Positions 46,881 through 54,074 of a stretch of DNA of 64,000 nt are shown here, in pieces; the first letter of the stretch is position 1; each line of letters starts with the position of its first letter. The stretch spans positions 1-64,000 of IMG/VR virus record IMGVR_UViG_3300045988_090117. One strand, given 5' to 3'. Source of the stretch: a virus. Under the pieces are notes generated by a model that was given only the letters and a program-made list of their open reading frames with translations, searched no databases and was not told where the DNA came from. The position numbers were made by a program, and so were the translations under genes.

Positions 46881-47939
46881 CTATTCTTCGTCGGCAGTTG
46901 CCAACATCATTATACTATCCATAGTACATAGCTTAATAGTTTCATCTGTACCGAATTGTATTGTAACATTCGGTTCTTCTACTGCACTGAATAAGTCCTT
47001 TAAATAAACCCCATTTACGCTTATCATAAATGGTTCTGGTAAATCTATCCCTTTAGTATATTCAATCACCTCTACGGACTTGCTAGAGGTTGCTATGGTC
47101 ATATTACTGTCACTAAATACTAAATCTATAATACCTTTATCGTATAAGCCTAGGAATAAATTTAATCTGTCCACTGCTTGTAGAACTTCTTTAACATTTA
47201 CTTCACAAGTATGTGGATATTCACTATTTAATAGTGGTATTACATTTGGATATTCAGATGCTCCTTCTTGTAATGCTCCTGTAATAGTTACATTTTGTCC
47301 TACTGCTCTTAATAATGTACAATCCTTATTTACTGTAAATATTACTTTCTCTGTATCTATAGATTGTAATAAGGTTGCTAAAGTTGGAGGTATTAATAAT
47401 TCCATGTCATCCAAATACTCACCATCCAACTCAGTACTATATACTTTTATGGCATCAGCAGTAATAATTTGATTATCTCGTAGTAAGTAACTATACAATA
47501 CACCGTCATTAGGTGATGCACTTTTGGCTTTTGCACCATCAACTATTGCATTACTCAAAGTTGTATATGTTATCATAAACTCTTTATCAGCATCTATATC
47601 TAAAGTCGGATAAACTTCATCACTAACTATTTCTACTTTATATGTACCATTGCCCTTTACCTCTAAATAATTGTCCATTAGTTTAAGTCCTACTGTATCC
47701 TTAGTGGTTTTATTTATCAACTTGCTAAATTGATCGGCTTTTACTATAACTGACATATCTTCATCACATTTCATTGGATGATTAATTGTTATGAAGTTAA
47801 CTCCATCTGTAGCTCTAAGAGATATACCCTCAACACTAAAATCTAATTCATAATAATTAGTTATTTCTAATAATTTAGAAGGCTTACATCTACTTGCTGC
47901 ACTTAACATATTCTTTAATATACTTGTATCTAATTTCAT
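46881..47939 (-). CDS. dnaN: DNA polymerase III beta-type sliding clamp
   Basis: 352 aa, with the size and three-fold domain-like pattern of DnaN. It is clustered with the replication genes. Confidence 0.55.
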   Translation of the reverse strand: MKLDTSILKNMLSAASRCKPSKLLEITNYYELDFSVEGISLRATDGVNFITINHPMKCDEDMSVIVKADQFSKLINKTTKDTVGLKLMDNYLEVKGNGTYKVEIVSDEVYPTLDIDADKEFMITYTTLSNAIVDGAKAKSASPNDGVLYSYLLRDNQIITADAIKVYSTELDGEYLDDMELLIPPTLATLLQSIDTEKVIFTVNKDCTLLRAVGQNVTITGALQEGASEYPNVIPLLNSEYPHTCEVNVKEVLQAVDRLNLFLGLYDKGIIDLVFSDSNMTIATSSKSVEVIEYTKGIDLPEPFMISVNGVYLKDLFSAVEEPNVTIQFGTDETIKLCTMDSIMMLATADEE

Positions 47940-47955
47940 TATAAAACAACTCCTT

Positions 47956-48789
47956 TTAAAATAATTTTTTCTGTTTCTTAGATGTGTTATTTTCCACGAT
48001 TACTTTATCATCCACATCATTCAATTTGTTATTTCCTATTCTATTGCTAGCTATGTTGAAATATTTTTCATCTTTTTCAATCCCGATGAAATCTCTATTA
48101 ATATTTAAACAAGCAACGCCAGTTGAACCACTACCCATTGTAAAATCCAATACTAGTTCACCTTCTCTGGTATATGTTTTTATGAGATATTCAAGTAGTG
48201 CTACTGGTTTTTGTGTTGGATGTACTCTTTTAGAATTAGCGCACTCTGTTGCTTGTGTGGAAATATTTATGATGTTTTTAGGATAACGTTCAGTTCCTTT
48301 TTTATTTTTTTCCGTTTTATAAAATTCTTCACTTTTTATTCCACTGAACAAATCAGTTTGTTTAATGGTTGGTTTCTCCTTAGTCAAATCTCTTTTGTTG
48401 TCTACAGTAAGTATAGGATAATAGTTTACTCGTTCCCCATTTCCAGTAAAAACTAATATTTCTTCCTCTACCTTAAGGGGTTGATATTTTGCGACTAATA
48501 TATTTCCTGCACTACTTTTATTCCATATCCATTGGTGTTTAAAATGTTTTATATTACTATAAATCAAACTTGTTGTAAAAGGCTGTGAGCCAAATAATAT
48601 TATACCTCCATTAGGTTTTATTAATTTGTTTAAGCTGCACCACATTTCATCTAAGGGTATAATAGAATCCCATTTGCAGCTAGTAGTGCCATATGGTGGG
48701 TCGGTTATTATGGCATCTACCTTTACTCCAGCTGCAATTAATTTGTCCATAATTTCCAGACAATCCCCATTGTATAATTTATAACTCAC
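47956..48789 (-). CDS. DNA methyltransferase 1 (N6-A/N4-C, DPPY beta-class)
   Basis: Motif IV is DAIITDPPYG. Motif I is VLDFTMGSGSTGVACLNINRDFIGIE, and HPTQKPVALLEYLI is present. GTG 48789 lies 6 nt after GGAGGG, with an alternative ATG at 48795. The track start at 48822 lies inside the promoter. Confidence 0.75.
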   Translation of the reverse strand: MSYKLYNGDCLEIMDKLIAAGVKVDAIITDPPYGTTSCKWDSIIPLDEMWCSLNKLIKPNGGIILFGSQPFTTSLIYSNIKHFKHQWIWNKSSAGNILVAKYQPLKVEEEILVFTGNGERVNYYPILTVDNKRDLTKEKPTIKQTDLFSGIKSEEFYKTEKNKKGTERYPKNIINISTQATECANSKRVHPTQKPVALLEYLIKTYTREGELVLDFTMGSGSTGVACLNINRDFIGIEKDEKYFNIASNRIGNNKLNDVDDKVIVENNTSKKQKKLF

Positions 48790-48819
48790 ATACATCCCTC
48801 CTTTATTTTTTCTTCCATA

Positions 48820-48855
48820 CAATTATAGTATAGAAAAAACCCGGTATTTACTAAC
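48820..48855 (-). promoter_or_regulatory. Phage promoter motif copy (-35 TTAGTA, 16 nt, -10 TATACT)
   Basis: Plus strand reads caattatagtatagaaaaaacccggtatttactaac. The -35 sits in the loop of the polA terminator hairpin. Confidence 0.65.
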
Positions 48856-48860
48856 CGGGT
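48834..48860 (-). terminator. Rho-independent terminator after polA exon 3, overlapping the promoter
   Basis: Stem acccggt (48839-48845) / accgggt (48854-48860), loop atttacta, minus-strand U-run. Confidence 0.6.
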
Positions 48861-48871
48861 CTTCAATATTT

Positions 48872-49579
48872 TTATATTTCTATTCCTTCTCCATACCATC
48901 TATATGTACATTCTATATCAGTCTTCATTGGTATTTCAAATTTTCCGTCTACTACGTGTACCATAATGTACTCTAATATATCTCTCACCTCTTTGGCATT
49001 CTCTTTTGGACATACTCCCAATACTTCATCATGCACCGGTATGATTAATTTATATCCCAACTCTTGTAGTCTTTTATTGTCATGAATTCTTATCATTGCT
49101 ATCTTTGTCATGTCGGCTGCACTACCTTGAATTATACTGTTAACACATTGTCTTTGAGCGTCGGCTATATATCCACCATTATCCACTAATTTATATCCCT
49201 CATCCTTGGCCATTTGTTTTATTTTTTCTTTTGCCTCCTTACCAAAGGCTCTATTCATTAATTTAAGATATTTGAAGTAAACCTCATCGCTCACCTCTGT
49301 AGTGGACCCACCAGTAAAATCTAATGGATTAAAGGTATCAGCTAAATTAGGGTTTTCCACTGTTATCTCTATTGGATCTAGTTGCATATTTGGTAATCTT
49401 CTTTTTCTACCCCATGCAGTCTCTACAAAACCATACTCTCTTGCATTCTCTTGAGCAAATTCTACAAACTCTTTTACTCTTGGAAATTGTTTATAAAAGT
49501 CATTTATAACCTGTTGTGCTTCCTCTTTACTGATATTCATCTGCTCGGCTATACTTGTTACACCTCTACCATACATAAT
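48872..49579 (-). CDS. polA: DNA polymerase I (family A), exon 3
   Basis: Begins I-MYGRGVTSIAEQMNISKEEAQ, completing motif B (ILLG|IMYG). Contains VHDEVLG (motif C). Confidence 0.8.
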   Translation of the reverse strand: MMYGRGVTSIAEQMNISKEEAQQVINDFYKQFPRVKEFVEFAQENAREYGFVETAWGRKRRLPNMQLDPIEITVENPNLADTFNPLDFTGGSTTEVSDEVYFKYLKLMNRAFGKEAKEKIKQMAKDEGYKLVDNGGYIADAQRQCVNSIIQGSAADMTKIAMIRIHDNKRLQELGYKLIIPVHDEVLGVCPKENAKEVRDILEYIMVHVVDGKFEIPMKTDIECTYRWYGEGIEI

Positions 49580-50634
49580 CAGTTTATACCGCCCCTTTCG
49601 GGGTACTTTAACACTTGTTATGCCAAGTCGGCTTAGACTATATCATCCCTCTTACGAGGGGAGCGCTTCGTATATCGTACCAATAGATACACTACTCCAT
49701 AAAGGATAGTCGTTACACTTCTTCCCAATGGTAGCCGTATGCTCTTATATTTCTTTTCATACTCTCTTTTATTTGAGTATTACAACTTTGTGACGTTTTA
49801 GTTTTACATAAACCTTGTGCAACTAACCATTTCCATGCCTCAGTATAACTACTAAATGTTTTATCAAGTTCTATAAGTTTTACCGGTTTACGACATTTAC
49901 TTATTCTACCAGTATTACATTTACTTATAATATCTTTTGTTTCTTGTGTATGGTGTTTACCATAAAATGCATTATCTTTACCAGTATATTTACCTTGTCT
50001 AGCTTTACTTAGCGCTAATTTATGTTCCGGTGATTTTGCTACTCCTTTTAACTTAGATGCTCTTTGTTGTATGAAAAGTTGTCTATCAGTATCAGATAAT
50101 GTACTCCAAAATTGTCTACTGGCTTGAGACATTTTTAGTTTATCTTCATCCGTATGTTTATAACCAGGTACGCCAGCTCCACCTGGAGTCATATTATAAC
50201 CATCTTTATAACTATTAAATATTGATATATAATATACTTCTCTCTCATTTAATTTGTCTATTGAGCATTCCTCTAATAAATACATATGAAATTTATCAAC
50301 ACCATATTTAAGTAGTGCATTATGAAAATGTGTACCGTTATTTATATCAGAACTAGTATGTTCATACCATCTTTGTTTTAATGATGTACTTGTTTGTCCT
50401 ACATATACTTTATGATTAATATCGTCAATTACAATATAAATATATCCCATAATCTCACCCCCTTCACGGCTATCATTGTTGGTTAGCACGGTCTAACCAT
50501 ATGAGATATAAAATTATATTGGTTTATATATAATATTATAGCACACTTAGGCTTTAACCGTTAGCATAAAATAAAAAATTTTATACACCCCTGGTAGGGT
50601 TCACTTTCTTTTATTTGGGCTATACTTGTGGTTT
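49580..50634 (-). mobile_element. Group I intron 2 in polA (1055 nt) carrying a GIY-YIG endonuclease ORF
   Basis: The 5' exon ends in U (..TTGGGT|) and the intron ends in G (..AAACTG|ATT). GC-rich structured flanks sit in an AT-rich genome. The core element GATGATATAGTCTAAGCC (49630-49647) matches the group I S/P7 consensus AAGAUAUAGUC. Joining the exons restores the reading frame. Confidence 0.8.
49713..50450 (-). CDS. GIY-YIG homing endonuclease (intron-encoded)
   Basis: Contains GYIYIVIDDINHKVYVGQTS...WYEH...YN (GIY-YIG), NUMOD3-like repeats (HTDEDKLKMS, SPEHKLALS, HTQETKDIIS) and a C-terminal HTH. ATG 50450 follows GGGGGTGAG. Confidence 0.8.
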   Translation of the reverse strand: MGYIYIVIDDINHKVYVGQTSTSLKQRWYEHTSSDINNGTHFHNALLKYGVDKFHMYLLEECSIDKLNEREVYYISIFNSYKDGYNMTPGGAGVPGYKHTDEDKLKMSQASRQFWSTLSDTDRQLFIQQRASKLKGVAKSPEHKLALSKARQGKYTGKDNAFYGKHHTQETKDIISKCNTGRISKCRKPVKLIELDKTFSSYTEAWKWLVAQGLCKTKTSQSCNTQIKESMKRNIRAYGYHWEEV

Positions 50635-50964
50635 ACCCAATAATATAGGCTTAACGGAGCTTCTACGTTGTTTTCCTTCTGGGTTAACTGTACCGTCAGG
50701 TCTAAACTCCTTACATTCTTCATATGGTTGATTGTACAATTTACTTGCTATCGTGGCATATAGGTCCTTTCCATCTAAATACGCTTGTATCATATGTTTA
50801 TCGCCACTCATATGTGCTAAACATCTCGGCTCCTGCTGCGAAAAATCTCCACCTATTATTACATTGCCTTCTCCTGCAATAAACATTTGTCTTATATCAT
50901 GTCCAGCATCTATTACAGTCCCATCACTTAATTTCTTTGTTTTACTGGGTATATTTTGTAAATT
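50635..50964 (-). CDS. polA: DNA polymerase I (family A), exon 2
   Basis: 110 codons: NLQNIPSK...GGDFSQQEPRCLAH (motif A, DYSQIELR-like)...RRSSVKPILLG. Confidence 0.8.
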
Positions 50965-51693
50965 CACATTGTTAGCGTAGAGGCTCTTTATCCTCTACCT
51001 CTTATGGTTCGTATTCCCATAAGGTCAGACTATATCTCAAACTTATAAAAAGCGACCTGTCTCTTTATCTCGACGATTATTTAAATCGGTACTATGATAT
51101 TTTTCTTGATGTTCTGCACGTGTAGTCAAAACTAAATTTTCTATTCGATTATCCAACTTATTCCCATTCTTATGGTGAACTATCTCATCCGATGTTAACT
51201 TACGTCCTAAATAATCTTCCATAACTTTACGATGTACAAAATATCTATTATTCAACTCTGAAACAACTAAATAACCATCGTATAAATAAACACGTGGTTT
51301 TCGTCCTTCTCCACGTCTTTTAAGTTGTAATCGACTAGCTTTATGCAGAATACTACCCTCACTGCGATTTAAATATTCACTACATTGTTTAAGTCCTAAT
51401 TTCTCATAATTTTTAACAAGCCATTCTAATTCCGTTTTTGTCCATTGTTTTCTCATATACATTACCTCCTCCATTTACATAATAGTAACATATATGGAAT
51501 ATTTTGTAAACACTTTTTATAAGTCCAGGGGCGCTCGTGGATGGGTTATTGGTGTGCTCCTCACCATCTAGTCGTTAGACTTTCACGGTACATTTTTACA
51601 CTTCCCGTGCTTAGTACGGTATTAGCATCGCAGCCTTCACCGTTTCACCCCTGTATGCATCTATCATATCACTATGATAGCGCCCAATTATTT
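50965..51693 (-). mobile_element. Group I intron 1 in polA (729 nt) carrying an HNH endonuclease ORF
   Basis: The splice restores TGRFSSSNP|NLQNIP. The 5' exon ends in U and the intron ends in G. A structured GC-rich 5' part lies at 51475-51693. The core element GAGATATAGTCTGACC is at 51023-51038. Confidence 0.8.
51043..51456 (-). CDS. HNH homing endonuclease (intron-encoded)
   Basis: Contains [24 protein letters not shown] (HNH) and an N-terminal SANT/HTH-like [16 protein letters not shown] 51456 lies 8 nt after GGAGGAGG. Confidence 0.75.
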   Translation of the reverse strand: MRKQWTKTELEWLVKNYEKLGLKQCSEYLNRSEGSILHKASRLQLKRRGEGRKPRVYLYDGYLVVSELNNRYFVHRKVMEDYLGRKLTSDEIVHHKNGNKLDNRIENLVLTTRAEHQEKYHSTDLNNRRDKETGRFL

Positions 51694-53010
51694 AGGATTA
51701 CTACTACTAAAACGTCCTGTCTTTGCGCCATACTGGTTGAAGTTCGCGTGTAACTTACCAGTTCTTTTGCTTATATGGTCAGGAATGGCATCAATATAAG
51801 TACTTAATAGTTTACTCATACCTCTATACTCTAATATACTATTCACTAATGGGTGGTTTAATTGTTTCAGTTGTTCTTCTCCCACGCTACGTTGACCTTT
51901 TGGTGGCTCTAATTTTAAGACATCATAGAATAATATTACTAACTGTTGATTACTTCCTATATTAATTTTCACATCTCCAAATTCACTTATTTTGCCATAC
52001 TTGTCTGGATGCTTAACTCGTAGGTCATTAAATGCGCCCTGCTTATCCAGCTTCTCTACTTCGGTATTAAATTCATTAAGAGCATTATCCATATACGTAG
52101 TATATCGTTGTTTTAACTCTTGAGCTAAGTTTGTATCTATATCTACTCCTTGTGCCTCCATATCGAATACTACTTCTATTAATGGCATTTCTATATTCCT
52201 GAATACATCTGCCACCCTTTCAAGTCCTTTTTTATAACAGTATTTTCCATCTCTGTCCAAATACTCACGTTGAAATTCATATAATTCAAAAGTCATTATA
52301 GGGTCAAAGGCTGCGTACATATAGCCAACATCTGGAGGTATTTTATTGAACTCAATGCCATTAAATAATTCACCAAATTTACCTACCTCAGCACTTTCAC
52401 CAGTACAATACTTTTGCCATAATACTTTTAAGCCATGTGGTTCATTTTCATTAAGTAAATACCCTCCAATTAATGTGTCCCAGTATGGTACTATTTTTAC
52501 TCCTACCATCCAATATAATATATGCATATCGAACTTAGCGTTATGTAGCACAAATCTAATATTATTATCTGACCAAGATTGTATTAATTTCCTAACTACT
52601 TCAATAGATACATTACTTTGTAATTCCGTATTTGTCATATAACTTATATGTCCTACTGGAATATAAATACCTTTTTCATATGGTGTATAAAGACATATAC
52701 CAGCTACTTTTCCGTCTATTCTATCAAGTCCGTTTGTCTCAGTATCTAGTGCTACTATGCCATTGGCTACTACTTTTTTATCGAACTGTTTTAACCTATC
52801 TTCACTAGTTACTAATTCCATTCTATCTAGTCTATCAGCAAATATTTTAGTAGACATCATCTTTGCATATTCTACTTTATCCTTCATTGTCTTAGGTACT
52901 ATTGATGTTACTGGCGCTCTTTTATTTTTCTTTTTACTCAACACTTCTAACGCTTTTTTATTCGCCTCTTTGTTATTACAACGACTAAATGTATCTTTAA
53001 ACAAACTCAT
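51694..53010 (-). CDS. polA: DNA polymerase I (family A), exon 1 (3'-5' exonuclease and N-terminal polymerase part)
   Basis: 439 codons. Exo motifs are VALDTETNGL and HNAKFDM. It ends ...NQYGAKTGRFSSSNP. The track ORF continues one codon (K, then stop) into the intron. Confidence 0.8.
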
Positions 53011-53028
53011 TATATCCCTCCTATAAAA

Positions 53029-53056
53029 AATACCAGGTAATTACTACCTGGTATTC
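53029..53056 (-). terminator. 10-bp perfect hairpin plus U6 immediately upstream of the polA Shine-Dalgarno (terminator, attenuator or translational operator)
   Basis: Stem ataccaggta (53030-53039) / tacctggtat (53045-53054), loop attac. Minus strand then reads TTTTTTATAGGAGGGATATAATG. Confidence 0.6.
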
Positions 53057-53075
53057 ACTTGTTATTTATTTGTTA

Positions 53076-53759
53076 TTAAAATTCATCATCTACAACTCTA
53101 CGTCTTCTGCTCTCCCTTCTTGGTGTTTCATCACGTCTACTTGGAGCAGGTTCATTATCAGTATGAGCTTTATTTCCGCCCCAGTCATATATACCATCTA
53201 CTACATCTATCATGTCAGCTTTACTCATCTTTGTCACATAAGTTCCTTCTATATCGACCTTTTCAGGGAAGTCATCTAAACATTTACCATCTTTTTCTAA
53301 TGCAAACATTTCATAAGTAGTATTAGTATCACCTTTTTTTCCTTTTCTCTCAATCTCGATAGGACGCTCAACTAAGCTACCGTATCTATTCAAGAAACTT
53401 ACTATTTTACCTACAAAGTTTTTACCTCTCTCCCAAACTTTAAGTTTACCATCTGTCTCATCATATAACTGTAGGAATAGTTTTTCTTGTGTTCTATATC
53501 CAGCTTTACATAATGGACAATCATCTTTATGAACATGACCATCTTCATCAACTGCATTACAACTTATATATTTTCTTACCTTTTTACCATTAATTTCAAC
53601 TTCTATTTGGTGGACTAAATAGAAGTCCATATCTTCACCGTTTGGATCTTCATATAACATTCTTACTTGTGCTATATCTCCATCATCTTTTAATGTGAAG
53701 TATTCACTTGTACCTACACTTGTAAATTTACCTGCATCTTTAATATTTATTTTAGCCAT
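53076..53759 (-). CDS. ssb: Single-stranded DNA-binding protein (gp32-like, zinc-binding, acidic tail)
   Basis: 227 aa. Contains HVHKDDCPLCK (His/Cys cluster as in the T4 gp32 zinc site), a basic/Pro-rich linker and a terminal VVDDEF. It lies next to polA. Confidence 0.5.
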   Translation of the reverse strand: MAKINIKDAGKFTSVGTSEYFTLKDDGDIAQVRMLYEDPNGEDMDFYLVHQIEVEINGKKVRKYISCNAVDEDGHVHKDDCPLCKAGYRTQEKLFLQLYDETDGKLKVWERGKNFVGKIVSFLNRYGSLVERPIEIERKGKKGDTNTTYEMFALEKDGKCLDDFPEKVDIEGTYVTKMSKADMIDVVDGIYDWGGNKAHTDNEPAPSRRDETPRRESRRRRVVDDEF

Positions 53760-53790
53760 TTAAAACCAACTCCTTTATTTTTATTTATTA

Positions 53791-53826
53791 CATATATAGT
53801 ATAGAAAACTTTTAAAGTTTACTAAC
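53791..53826 (-). promoter_or_regulatory. Phage promoter motif copy (-35 TTAGTA, 16 nt, -10 TATACT)
   Basis: Plus strand reads catatatagtatagaaaacttttaaagtttactaac. Confidence 0.65.
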
Positions 53827-53850
53827 CTACTTTTATATTTTTTTTCAAAT

Positions 53851-53880
53851 AAAAAGATAGGTCATTTTACTGACCTATCC
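53851..53880 (-). terminator. Bidirectional-looking rho-independent terminator
   Basis: Stem gataggtca (53856-53864) / tgacctatc (53871-53879), flanked by A5 and T7. Confidence 0.7.
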
Positions 53881-53885
53881 TTTTT

Positions 53886-53963
53886 TTATTTATAATATAA
53901 TTTATAAAACATTAACATTGACATTCTTAGTCTTGTTATACTCTTAAACATTTGTTCATTCAT
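53886..53963 (-). CDS. Candidate 25-aa micro-ORF
   Basis: MNEQMFKSITRLRMSMLMFYKLYYK. AAGGAG lies 8 nt upstream of ATG 53963, and the stop abuts the terminator. Translation is unproven. Confidence 0.3.
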   Translation of the reverse strand: MNEQMFKSITRLRMSMLMFYKLYYK

Positions 53964-53989
53964 ATAATCATCTCCTTTATTTTCTATTC

Positions 53990-54002
53990 TATATATAGAA
54001 TA
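53990..54002 (-). promoter_or_regulatory. Variant promoter: conserved extended -10 block only (TTTTCTATTCTATATATAG), no matching -35
   Basis: Plus strand reads ctatatatagaatagaaaac at 53989-54008. The expected -35 position (~54017-54025) reads aaaatattt. Confidence 0.35.
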
Positions 54003-54074
54003 GAAAACTTTTAAATAAAATATTTGTGATTAAATTCTAATCTACGGTACATTAATACCATTTTATCACCCTTC

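Noticed and set aside
51475-51693. GC-rich islands (49580-49712, 50490-50634, 50965-51042, 51475-51693) considered as tRNA or other stable RNA genes.
   Set aside because: No cloverleaf or anticodon arm could be drawn. They flank endonuclease ORFs precisely between polymerase exons and contain the group I core element, so they are intron cores.
49580-51693. Inteins as the cause of the split polymerase.
   Set aside because: The inserts contain in-frame stops directly after each exon, separate RBS-led endonuclease ORFs in other frames, and U|...G| boundaries. This is incompatible with protein splicing.
53856-53879. The loop TTTTACTGAC of this terminator resembles the -35 block, as in the dual terminator-promoters.
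   Set aside because: No -10-like hexamer lies at the fixed 16-nt distance. The real promoter copy is the separate one at 53791-53826.
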